A stretch of DNA of 64,000 bases from Guillardia theta CCMP2712 (Eukaryota; Protista; Cryptophyta). The notes under the pieces are model-generated. The model saw nothing but the letters and a program-made list of their open reading frames with translations. It had not been told where the DNA came from and did not search any database. Positions within the stretch are counted from its first letter, which is position 1; the number at the start of each line of letters is the position of its first letter. Of this stretch, positions 38,646-50,239 are shown piece by piece. The position numbers and the translations under genes were made by a program. The DNA lies in the NCBI RefSeq assembly GCF_000315625.1, contig NW_005434539.1, positions 65,263 through 129,262 of the forward strand, read 5' to 3'.

Positions 38646-39990
38646 CAGCAGGAGCAGGACGGGCAGACATTGCAGCTTACATGTTTTTGCCTCTAGTGCA
38701 TTCTTCTCGTCGGGTTTGCTGGAGATGAGCTGGATGACTTGAATCGAAAAGTGAAGGATCTTGGTGGAGAGGTAGCGCAGCATCCGGAGAAATGCTCGCA
38801 CATAGTCGCTCTCCGGCTGAAGACTTCCTTCAAGCTCCTCGCCGCTCTGGTACTGGGTCACAAGCTGGTCCTCTCCCGTGACTGGGTCGACAAAAGCCAC
38901 AAGAAGAAGGTCTTGCGTGCTCCTGCCCCTGCTCGTCCTTCCCTCGTACCTTCATGCTGCTCCTCCTCTTCTCCTCTTCTCTCTTTCTGTCTCGTTGCTC
39001 ATATATGTCTTCCTCCTAATCTCTTTCTTCTCATCACATGGTATTTCTCCTTCCTACAGTTCTCGTCCTTTCCAAGTCGTCAGTGCTTGTTGTCTCCTGT
39101 CCCGCCCAATCTTTTCCCTTCCCTGCCTCCTACTCAACTCCTTTCTGCCACGTTCTTCATCCCTTGACCCAGCTGCTCACTCCTCTCCCTCTTTCATCCA
39201 GACCTGGCAAGACGAGGAAACCTTTTGGCTCAAAGATCGCCAGACTGAAGAGCGACACAATTTCAACCTGCAGCGTCGCTGCAAGGTCAAGGAGGAGAGG
39301 AGGGAGAGGAGGGAGAGGAGGAAGAGAAGGGCACAGGGAAGCAGGATCGTGATAATGAAAAGGACGAGGAGGGTAACGAGATGGACAGAGGAGGAGGAGG
39401 AGGAGGAGGAGGAATGGAAGTGGGTTGAGGAGGACTCGGCTGAAAACTACGCAGGAGGCATCTCCTCTCCTCTTCAAGAACATTCACTTCACTCTTTCCA
39501 ACGACTTTCCGATGAAGGCAGGAGCATGCGGCTGACGCGCTGTGGGAGCTGACGGCTGGCAGGAGGAGGAGGCAAAATTCTTGATCGAGAAGGCTGGCGG
39601 GACCCTCAGGAAGAAGGGCACGGAGGGTAGTATACAACTGGTTGGAGCGGTAAGTTCTGCATGTTAATGTCTTCTTTTCTCCTCCTCTCTTGCCTCCTCC
39701 TCTTCTTCCTCCAGCTTCAGCTCCAGCCCAGCTCCAGCCTCAGCTCCAGCGATACGTGTGCCCCACCTATCTCCGCTCTCTTCTTCTGTTCCCTGTTGCT
39801 AATCTCTGAGAGCAGGAAGGAAAGTCGAGCAAGGCCGGAGGAGGCAGGAGGAAGTTCACCGTAGAGTACGTGGATAAGGAAGAGAAGGCTGGGAAGTGAT
39901 TCTTTCCTCAGCTTCATCCGAGACTCGATCTTGCAGAACAAGTTGATGTGGAGCAGCGGTAAGGATGGAGGACAGCGAGTTTGCCACTGA
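36300..39990 (+). CDS. Protein with long disordered N-terminus and C-terminal tandem BRCT domains (MDC1/PTIP-like); start unresolved
   Basis: FSSGFAGDELDDLNRKVKDLGGEVAQHPEKCSHIVALRLKTSFKLLAALVLGHKLVLSRDWV (BRCT1), linker FWLKDRQTEERHNFNL, then KFLIEKAGGTL...FIRDSILQNKL (BRCT2). Confidence 0.7.
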
Positions 39991-40429
39991 CGCTGGACGA
40001 AGGAGTTGTGGCGTGAAGGAGAAGGACAAGAAGGATTTTGAGCACTGGGAAGGAGGAGGAGGAGGAGGAGGTTGTGGTGGAGGCGGTAGTAGGATGGAAG
40101 GTAGTCTGGTATCGTTTGTTCTTCCAGGGTCTCGTTTGTTTTTGAACGATTGAAAGAGTTTTGATCGCTCAACAATCTCAGCTCCAACTCTCGAACCTGG
40201 TCCTGAATGTCATGATGGCAGCTGATAACTGAGGAAGAGAAGGAGTGAAAGGAGGAGGAGAGGCAAAAGGAATAGATCAATGGGTAGAGCGTGTGAAGCA
40301 GGGGAAAGAAGGCAGAAAAACTGAGCCTGGAGAGGGACTAAAGATCAGGTAATTTACTTCGTTTATTCCCTCTTCCTGCTCCTCCTGCTCCTGCTCCTCC
40401 CCTTCATGATTTTCATCATTCTTCACAGC

Positions 40430-42095
40430 CTAGTAGCGAGGAACACTGGGATCGATCTCCACAGACCAGGCTTCGATTCCTCCCTCAACCTGTTGGATAT
40501 TGTAAGGTGGAAGAGAGGGGAACGCAGAGAAGCAGGAGAGAAGCAGGAGAGAAGCAGGAGAGAAGCAGGAGAGAGGGGTAGGGGGGGACGAGGAAAGGGA
40601 AGCGTCCGGTGCGTAAGGACATTGACAGGGCAAGAGGGAAACTGCAGAGCGAGCAGGAAAGAGAGCAAACTCAAGGTTGAAAAGGGCAAGGGGGGCAGGG
40701 GCAGGGGCAGGGGCAGGGGCAGGGGCAGGGGCAGGGGCAGGAGCAGGAGCAGAGGCCTACATTCGTGACTTGCCTCCATCCCCTCGTTCGCAGGTAGCGA
40801 ACGACTTGCATGCTCCGAGCACCTGCGCATGTTCAGCAGAGAAACGCGGAGCCAAGACAGCAAAAGACTGCAGGGGAGGAGAAGAAAGGAAAAGGTTAAG
40901 ATAGTGGAGGAGGCGAATACAAATATTGCAGTGTGGGAGAGTGAGGGAGAGCGTGGAGGGAGCGACGTGGACGACAAAGAGGAAGAGGAAGAGGAAGAGG
41001 AAGAGGAAGAGGAAGAGGAAGAGGAAGAGGAAGAGGAAGAGGAAGAGGAAGAGGAAGAGGAAGAGGAAGAGGAAGAGGAAGAGGAAGAGGAAGAGGAAGA
41101 GGAAGAGGAAGAGGAAGAGGAAGAGGAAGAGGAAGAGGAAGAGCAGGACGTCGAGGCACAAGATCCGGAGTGTGTGAAGTTTCACCGTGGTGGCAATAAA
41201 CGAGCACAGGCTTGTCCTTGGGAACCTCATCCTGCCCTTGAAGAGTGTGAGCGTCGCAAATACACGAAAGCCAGGACAGTAGAGGAGGGAGAAGATAACG
41301 GAAGGAGAGGAGAGAGAAAAGGGAAGAAGAGAAGGAGAGAGCGATTAGATGACAAGCAGAGCAAGGAGAAGGTGAGTGAAGAGGAGGAGGAGAAAGATGG
41401 CTAAAAGAAAGAGTAGCTCCAGAGGAAGGGGATGCTGGCGCATTGAAAACAAGAGGAGGAGGAGGAGGAGGAGGAGGAGGAGGAGGAGGAGGAGGAGGAT
41501 TCAGACGAGGGGGAGCCGAGAAAGCGTAGGAAGAGGGAAAGGAGGAGGTGGAGGAGGTGGGGGGCATACTTAATTTCATTTCGCTCAAAGGGATGTGGAT
41601 CGCCCCAGGGATGCGGCAAAACTCGAACTCATCTTGTTCTCTGATCCATTGTGCGATAAGAAACGAAGGTGAGAGTGGAGGAAAAAGATCAATGACGAGG
41701 AAAGCGGAGGAGGGAGAGAACGAGGACGAGAACAAGGCAAAGGATGAGGACGGAGGACGGAGGACGGAGGAGAGGAAAGGGAAGAGGATGAATATGCATA
41801 TCAAACAGACCTGACGTCCAGCAGAACAGGCTTCTCGTCCTCGGGCTTGTTCAGCTCTGCCTTGGCCTCCATGACGGAGATCTCGAGCGGGACCTCTGTG
41901 ACCCTGCAGGAAGAGGCAGTCAGAGGACGTGCCATGCTCTCTTGCTCGCTCACTGGACTCTCCCACTCTGCAAGGTTGTCTGCCCTGAGATGATAGCCTG
42001 GTACGCCTGCATCCTGCGAAGAGCATCCATCTTGACCTCAAGCTGCATGCTCCAGGTTAATAGAAGGCAAGAGCCTAGGAGCAGCAGGAGCAGGT

Positions 42096-42175
<80 letters not shown>

Positions 42176-42604
42176 GGAAGGTACAACAGATTCAAACCAA
42201 AACCAAGAAGAAAAGGAGGAGCAGGAGGAGCAGGATGACTCAGAATTTTACCGAGACTTCGTATTCATCGTCGACATTTTCTCCTCCTCCTCCCTTAAAG
42301 TATCCGCCGATGTCATTCTTAGCCTGCAGTACAAGTGTATGAGCTAGCTACAACTCATCACCTTCCTCCCCACTCGCGACACCCCCTCCACCGCCACCAT
42401 CCTTCCCCGCCTCCTTTGTACCTGCAAGGCCGCAGCCCCCTGTCGCAGCATGGGACTAGGCCGGGAGGCGATCTTGTTGAGAGTGAAGGAGAGAGAAGAA
42501 GGGAAGAAAAACTTTGAGCAGACGCCAGGAGCGAGCATGAACGCGTCTACCCGCGCCGTCATCATCACCATCCCCGCCATCGCAACCGCCATAGTTCGCA
42601 GCAT
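40430..42604 (-). CDS. Single-domain rhodanese/sulfurtransferase with bipartite plastid-targeting leader
   Basis: Spliced exons: ISVMEAKAELNKPEDEKPVLLDVR|EQDEFEFCRIPGAIHIPLSEM...VPKDKPVLVYCHHG|ARSMQVVRYL...VEGGIEAWSVEIDPSVPRY*. The leader MLRTMAVAMAGMVMMTARVDA^F is followed by an S/R/F-rich transit peptide. Confidence 0.85.
40978..41143 (+). repeat. Intronic (GAGGAA)n microsatellite
   Basis: Direct tandem hexamer. It produces poly-E/KR/LP spurious ORFs. Confidence 0.95.
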
Positions 42605-42659
42605 CGCTCGGGCTCTTGGCCTCCTTATGACGGTACTGGGTGGTGGCGGGGAAGAGGCC

Positions 42660-43160
42660 CCCAAGCGCAAACTAGCGGCCGGCCCGCGGGCCCCGGGCCC
42701 GGTCACGGTGGGGCGCCGGGCCGGGCAGGTTAAGAAGCCCCGGGCCGGGCCCGGCCGCGTTAGACCGTTAAACCTGTGACAGCGACTGTCGCTGAGTTAC
42801 AGTGCCCTGCCGTCACGCGGCGTGCCGCACGGGTGATCGGCCCGGATCAGATCAGACACTGGCCCCCGGGGCCGGCGGGCCCGGCCACTGATCATTGGCA
42901 TCGCGGACCGTCCCCATCATGGCAGCGGCATCATGATGGCATGCCCGGCCCACTGTCAGCCCGGCTGAGCAAGCGGCTACTCTCAGTGACGGTAAGTCTG
43001 CGGCCTGCGGCTGAGTGACACCAGCCCCGGCTACCGCCGTACGCGGCGTCACCACGGTCACCCGGCGACTCGCCGGGCACCGGGTGACGGCACGGGCTGG
43101 CAGGGCCGGCAGGCTCCCGGCGAGAGGATCATGGCTTTACTATCATCATCGGATACCGCA
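42660..43160. promoter_or_regulatory. GC/CpG-rich palindrome-dense island immediately upstream of the rhodanese start
   Basis: Composition and position. Function inferred. Confidence 0.35.
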
Positions 43161-43199
43161 CGGTTGAAGCCTCAGGCTGAGTGTTGGCGATCAAAGCCT

Positions 43200-45271
43200 T
43201 CAGTGCATCTCAGCAGAAGCCACCACGTGCTGCTTGAAACAGTCCCGTCTCGTCCCGGGCCCACATACGCCGAAGGGTCTCCTGCGATGGTCCGCCATGC
43301 TGCAGTTGAAGCAGCAGTAGGAAGTCTTGTTGCCGTACCTGTCCGATCCGCTGCACACCTTACATCGCACCCTAGTGATGGGCTTGAGACTTTTGGAGAT
43401 TGAGCGGGAAGGAGCAGAGGACTCGAGGTAGTCGTTGACGCAGACGAGTCGATGCGGAAGGTCGTAGTCGCATGCCGAGGGCCCCCCGCCCTGGAGCAAG
43501 GTGGTGGTGCCAACACAACCAGCTCCAGCTCCAGCTCCAGCTCCAGCTCCAGCTCCAGCTCCAGCTCCAGCTCCAGCTCCAGCTGGAACGAGCTCGTTTC
43601 TGGAAGACGTTGGGCTCTGTCTCACTGTAGCCTCGTTGACATCGCTCTTCAGCAGCTGGAGGGTGAGTCTGCTGAGAAACTCCCGATACTCCACCTCCTG
43701 CATCTTGTACACCCTGTACACCCGGAAGGCATCGACTGCCACAGTGCAGACAACTCTCTTGAGCATCCTGAAGGTCCAACTCTCGTTCCTGGCGCCATCG
43801 TGATCAAATCCTCCAGTCCTCAGCTCATGGTGCTCGTTGACTGCTCCAGTACATGCCATGTAAGCCTCGCACAACTCTGTCCTCCCTCTCTCCTTCTCCA
43901 TGCTCGTCCTTCCCGTCCCTACCTCGCAGCCAGTCGTTCTGCCCCATGTCGAGATGAGAACCCTTGTAAGCACACCGCTCCTCCTGTGCTCCTTCCAGGC
44001 ATGCGCAAGAAAGGTCCTATCCTGCCCCCCGATGCAACGAACGAGTTCTGCGGTCTTGGTTTCCACCAAAGATACATCTCTCTTCCTCAGAGCACGGCTA
44101 AGATGACGTCTCGGAGCTCCAGAGTCAACACGATTGACCAGGGCGGTGAAGAATGTTTTCCGCTCCAGCAGGGCCTGAGCTGTCGACACGGTTGCGAACT
44201 TGGGGTCGCAGTAGATCACGCGGCCATGGTCGAGGTAGTGTCGTGACATGTGAACGAGAAGGCGCGTCATTCTAGGAAGCTCGCTAAAGTTTTCATCCTC
44301 CACAACCTCATCGTCCAGGAGCTGCAGGTGCAGGACAATACCGTAGGTGCACTCCACCAGGCACAGCAGCTCATCTTCGGGCATGCGCTGGCGGCCGAAG
44401 CGCAAAGGCACTGCAGGAGCCCTCTTAGAGCTCCTTCCCTGCTGAAAAGTGAGGGAAAGAGGACAAGAGGGCAGGACTCGCAAGTTCCAACCTGTGCTCT
44501 CGCGTGCCATCCTCCCTTCGTCTCGTCCGTCGACAGCTCGCTGCCTGCTGATATCGTCTCCAGCCTCTTCCTGTTGAACGCGTCCAGCAGCGGCCGGATC
44601 TGCGCAGCCTTGCTCAACGCATGCTCCACTTCTTGCGGCCAGAGTCTCAGGTAGCACTTCCACTGCTCGAACCGCACACGGCTGACGCCGAAACGTCTCC
44701 CGAGGTCATGGGGGGGGAGAGCACCGACGTCTCGGCCAACCCAGAGGCTGCCGTAGCTGCTCCAAGGTGTGAGCACCTGATAGTAGAGCACTCCTAGAAA
44801 TCTCATCCACTCGTGCTGGGAGAAAGGAGCTACGTCATCTGGGAGATTCTCGTTGGTCCAGACAAGGCAGGAGGGGGCATCGAGACCCACGATGAAGTCG
44901 AAAGGAAGGAGGAGCTTCCAGACATCAACTTCAGCGCTGGAGCTTGCTTGCGCCATGTCCAGCAGAATGTTGAGCGAAGTCTCTTCCATCTTGTAGCCAA
45001 GCTCCTCCCTCTGGTCCTTGACCGTGTCCTCGTCGCACATGCGCCACTCCAGCAGCTCTCCGTGATGGCTCAGCGTCAGCCCTTGCGTATCCTCCGAAAA
45101 GTCTTCCTCCTCCGAGTAAGACGTGTCGGTGTACTCCTCAAGGCATCGACGACTCTCCTGGAGGCAGGGAGCTTTCTCTCCTCGAGGATCTGCTTCCGTG
45201 CTCGCAGTTCTGCGCATCTTTGTCCTCGAATTATGGGTGGCATCCTCGCCACGTCGAACGGATTTCTGCAT
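43200..45271 (-). mobile_element. piggyBac (DDE_Tnp_1_7) transposase-derived gene with one intron (44442-44491); probably domesticated or inactive
   Basis: EWMRFLGV, GVSRVRFEQW, QIRPLLDAFN, LSTDET (D1), RVIYCDPKFATV (D2), YMACTGAVNEHHELR (D3 position is N), and a C-terminal Cys-rich domain RCKVC...TSYCCFNC...VC...CFKQH. A 50-bp phase-0 GT-AG intron joins the two overlapping ORFs. Confidence 0.8.
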
Positions 45272-46036
45272 GCCTGAGGGAGGGAGGGAGGGAGGGAGGG
45301 AGGGAGGCAGGGAGGGAGGCAGGGAGGGAGGCAGGCAGGGAGGCAGGCAGGGAGGCAGGCAGGCAGGCAGGCAGGGAAGGAAGGGAGGGATATAGAGAGA
45401 GAGAGAGAGATGGAGGGAGGGAGGGAGGGAGGGAGGGATGGAGGCAGGGAGAGAGGGAGGGAGAGAGGCAGGCAGGCAGGAAAAGTACAAGGGCAAAGGC
45501 GGGGGGCAGGAGCGAGCGGCAAAATGAAGTATCCGCGAAAATATCTGAAAGTATCCGTAAATCCGGATACTCTCGGATATTTTGATTGACCCTTCGCCGC
45601 CACCATGCTCTTCGCGCTGGTTCCTGTTCGCATGCTCGGTGAGGAATGGAGGGGGAGAGAGGGGTGGTGAGAGGGTAAGAGATCGAGCATGTACAAGCAT
45701 GCAGCTGAAGAGAGGGAGAGATGGGATGAGGATGCTGATGGTTTAGACAAGGGCCTTAATGTAAGAGGTGGTGTAGAGAAGTACAGATTTGGCATGCAGC
45801 GAAGGAGCATGAGGTAGATGATCTGAGAAGTACATGATATATTGAAATGATTTCATTGCACGGATTGTGTCGCTGGGGATGAAGCTTGCAACCCCGATGT
45901 GTTCGACAGAGCGATGGTTAAAAACGGAAACGTCCCTGGGGAAGTGGACTCTTTCTAGACAACACATGTTTTCAAGTCAGTCACACTCGACCGTGTCCAC
46001 ACATGTGTAGTGACTCTAGTATTTCCACAAGAGAGT

Positions 46037-46693
46037 ATGATCCTCTTGTCAAGTATCAGACCAGATCCTAAGTTCGCAGAGGGAGGTTGGGGGTTGCAGG
46101 AAAACTAGCAGCAAGTCAGAGTATGTCCAGCGCATGCGATGTTGTTGGTAGCATGGAAGTCAGGAGCTCTTGTATCATCTGTGTGACACTGCTGAAGGAA
46201 TGGGCCCTGAATTCTACAACAACATGGAGGCAGTCAACAATGCTATCGGCGCTGAGGACGACAAGGTCAGTGCCAAGTTGAGTAGAACAAGTCTGAGCGA
46301 GCGTGTAGGCATGGATGTACAACAATCCCAACGCCCCAGCCAACGCTGTTGGAGTCGAAGACGCGAAGGTCAGTGGCAAACGTGTCAAAGGGAGCGCAGG
46401 AGAAGGTTGGGGAGGAGGAAGAAGACCGGGAGAAGAATAAGGAGGTTGAGTCGATTAAGCAGGATGGAGGGTAGACCGGGAGAATCATGAGAGTGCTCAG
46501 AGGAATGTGAGGTGTGGAGAGATAGAGAGCGTGAGGATGCGAGTTGTGGAGGTTGAGGAGGGTATTCGGAAGGGGAGTGACTTGAGATCAGATCGCAATC
46601 TACAACAACACCTTCACCCCCAGCAACTGTGTGGGAGGAAGCGAGCAAGGATGCAGCCCCTTCGCTGTGGCCCCCCGTGCCATGTTCATGTAG
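46037..46693 (+). CDS. Possible short multi-exon hypothetical protein
   Basis: GT-AG-bounded segments GPEFYNNMEAVNNAIGAEDDK / PTLLESKTRRSVANVSKGAQEK / IAIYNNTFTPSNCVGGSEQGCSPFAVAPRAMFM*. No recognisable family. Confidence 0.35.
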
Positions 46694-46794
46694 AGCAGCT
46701 GACATAGCAAAGTTCATTGGAGGTTGTCGTTACCCCTGACATCTGCTCGGTGCGCCATGCCAACCCTGACCGCCGCAAGGTCCTCTTTGTCCTC

Positions 46795-49437
46795 TTATCC
46801 GAGGACGTCAGTGAAGGCCTGCAAGCGGACTTCAACCCGACAATCCTCCTCTCATAACACGTGCGACTTGTTCCACACGACCCTTCCCCCCCATCCTCTC
46901 CTCCTTGCCAGCAGCTTCCCATTCTCATCCTCATCCCCACCATATGTCCCATCACCTGCAGGTAGCTGACGGTAGCTCCCACCAACCCGAGCATAGAGCC
47001 GAGGACGGCGATGACTGACGAAACGAGTGAGAGGAGGAAAAGCAAGCGGAAGGGGAACTTGCCTTGAGAGAGGTAGTACTTGTTGTCGTACTTGAGACCC
47101 TTCCTCTTCTTGGCTGGCAGCTTCTGGTCTTGCTCAACCCTGAAGACAAGTCAGTCCTCCAAGACAGAGATCCTTTGCCAGATCACAAGGTCTTGGTAGC
47201 GCTCATGTGCATCAGAGCTGGGAAGACGTAGATGATTCCACTGCCCAGCAGGGCTCCTGCTCTCAACCGTCAGCGAACCATGAATTCGCGACTGGCCGTT
47301 ACCTGCAAAGGCAGCCAAGAAACCGAGGTCGCGCATGACCATCGCAATACCGGTGGTTGCAACGACGGTAACAACTGCAACAGCGTCCTGGCTCTCTTTG
47401 TCAGCAAGGCAAGGCAAGGTTGTTTTCTTTTCACCTTGGCGGCTTGTGAAGGATTCTTGACTCCCGCAAGAGCAAAGGCTCCAGTGCGGAACCCGTTGAA
47501 AGCGAGTGGATAACTGCAAGATATCAAGATTGATGTTATAACCTATTTCAGTTACGCACCCGAACAAGATCGAGGCCGTAATGGCAAGACGGCCCCAGAC
47601 TGCAAGGTTGTCTGATGTAGCATAGTTGTTGAGGATCAATCCCTTCCAGGAGGCAAGACATCTTTCGAGTGAGCAAGCTCAAACAGATGCTTCACCAAAC
47701 ACCTGGGAAACTCCTCCAAAGGTCAAGAAGCCAGTCGACATGATGAGGCAGTTGATGATTCCTGCACAAACAGACCGACTCAGAGATGCAATGCGGTCGA
47801 TGAGACAGATGTCAAAGTGACCGGCAGCGATGAAGGCGGGATAAACAAGCTTGTTGAACTGCTGAACAGTCCTGCAGAACCAGAATCAGCAAACAAGTCA
47901 CTTGCAAGGCTTGCACACACTTGGGAATCATCTGGTGGAAGAACTTGGGAGCATCATAATGGGCATGATAGGCGGTGTTGAGGGTCGCCATGAGGATAAG
48001 TGCCTGCACCAGTTGTCAGTGACGTGCGACAGATCCGAGGGATTCATTCATCACCTTGATGGCTTCAGCGCTGTTTCCAAACGATGGCTTCCTGCAGCAC
48101 AATTATTCTCTCCTTCAAAACTGTTCTGTTTGTCGACATACTGAGCAAGCTCCTTGAAAAACTCGCCTCCCTTGGCGTACGATCCCTGCTCGCCAAAATC
48201 ACCAGGCACCAATTGTAGGAGGGAAGGTTTACTTGGAAGTATCTCAACGCCATAAAGACAGTCGTGTAGAGAACGCCCATGACTCCTGTGCACGTCAAGT
48301 TAGGGATGCCCGTCGCACGTTCCCATAGGTGGTCACCGAGCATGCTCGTGTATGAGAGCGCGGCCAGAGACCTCAAGCTGCTCAACCGGTCAGTCACTGG
48401 GCCTTGGGCGGAATGACAAGTATGCGACTGACAGGCAAAGAGGCAGAAGAACGACCTGGAACAAAAAGCTCAGCAAGGATACCAGCAGAAACGACTACTC
48501 ACCGCACTGATAGCAGCAAGCAGGTTGTTGCGCTCCGCAGCCCAACCACGCACCTGCGAAAGGTGGTGAGTGAGACTTTGAAAGGGGGTTAGGAGAACGC
48601 TTACTCCGAGAGACTTCATGAGATCATTGCTGAGATCTCCGATGATGATGGAATAGCAGATACAAGCCACCTGACAACACACTCTCTCAAAACACTTTCA
48701 GAAAGCTGAATATTACCATGGTCTGGCTGGTGCACGCCATACCCGGGATCCAGGCAGTTGCGGTGCTGATGGACTTAGCCCACGCTTCCTGTGCTCGCAC
48801 CATGTCAGACATACTTGAGAGCTCTCTCAAGTCTCACCTGATAGTTGTGGGCATCCACCATCCCACACACCTGACACATGAGTCAAACGGACTGGAAACC
48901 ACTGCAGCAAAGGCACCTCGCCGATCAGAGCGTAGCAATATCCGCTGAGAATGGCAAAAGAAGCTGAAAGAAGCTGCAGCAAGGAAACGCTCAGTCGTTC
49001 GCTTAATTCAATCGCGGCTCACCAAGGCAGGAGCAAGCATCTTGGGGTTGTTGGTGAAACGAGCTACCGACGAGGAAAGGGACAGAACTCCAGAGCCAAC
49101 GATCGCCTTGAAGAGGTAGAAGATGAAACCAGTGACATCCTGTTCTCCACCTCCTCTGAGGGGCGCCAGAGCTGATACATGCTCACTTCGACCACACATC
49201 AGAGGATTCATCCCTACCCTGGACACGGCGAACGGATCCATGCTTCAAACTTTCGCCCCTTTGAGCGAGAGAAGGATGACGCTGCCTAGTGTCAGGCAAA
49301 CCTGATGGGATGGTGGTGGTTGGGACATGAAGCCCGTGGACAGCAGCCACGCAGGCCAAAGTAAGGCCCAAGAACTGCAGGAAGCCTGTCAGACGAGTTG
49401 CGACGGTCGCCTTCCTGCTCACCAGACTGGATCGCAT
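46795..49437 (-). CDS. Amino acid transporter (Aa_trans, SLC38/AAAP family) with signal-like, LRGG-containing leader; many short introns
   Basis: TM1 FIFYLFKAIVGSGVLSL, LRSLAALSYTSMLG, NTAYHAHYDAPKFF, GFLTFGG, LILNNYATSDNLAVWGRLAITASILFG|YPLAF. The last exon is AFTDVLG*. Confidence 0.85.
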
Positions 49438-50239
49438 GACCTCGACTTCTCCTGTAGCAGAACATACATAAGCCACTCAATCATGCTCATAATGATGAAA
49501 ATGCTTGTGGTGCAAAAGGATTCATCTCGCGGACAAGCACAAGAGTTCTGTATCCTCGCCTGCGATGTACTTGAGGACTGACTGTTTCAGCTACTCGGCC
49601 TTTCACTCTATTCACGCACGATCCAGTTAGGATACAATGTCGATCTTCATCTAGACATGTTGTTCGCCTCAGGATCCACTACCTGTCGCGTCCTCTCATT
49701 CGCTGGTACCCTGGCCTACAATGAAAATGCTTTTTCCTACTCATCACTGCGAACCCTGGATGAGAGATAAAATCTATGCCCTTTCCGCCACCATCAAGCA
49801 AGCTCAGCAGCAGCATCGCTTCCTGTACTGGCGATTCTCCTCCAAGGCCCCTCATGAGCGCAAGAGCTCGCGGCCGCTCTGCATCGTGCAGCCATGAAGC
49901 GGCGGAGGATCGATGGGGTACTTCTCGAAGAGGAAGGACAAGGGGTGGTCCGAGTCCTTCGAATAGATGGACCCCTCATATACCCCACTTTTGTACCGGT
50001 CTGTATCTACTAGTGATTCGTTTGTAGGTGGGGTGGCCGTGGCAGGGGAATGTGAGGAAGGGATCTCTGTTCCAATGGATGCTGGCGTACACTGAAAAGC
50101 TTCTAGAGAGGAAAACACGCCAAGTGAGATACAACTATCTCACAGCTCTTGATTTTCAGTACTTGATATCATTGTATTTGAATTTTCGAATTACATTGTA
50201 ATATTTCAACGATCAAACAATTTTCGAATTGAACAAATA

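Noticed and set aside
42720-45770. TTAA-flanked terminal inverted repeats for the piggyBac gene
   Set aside because: TTAA sites exist (~42730, ~42768, ~45757), but I saw no matching inverted termini.
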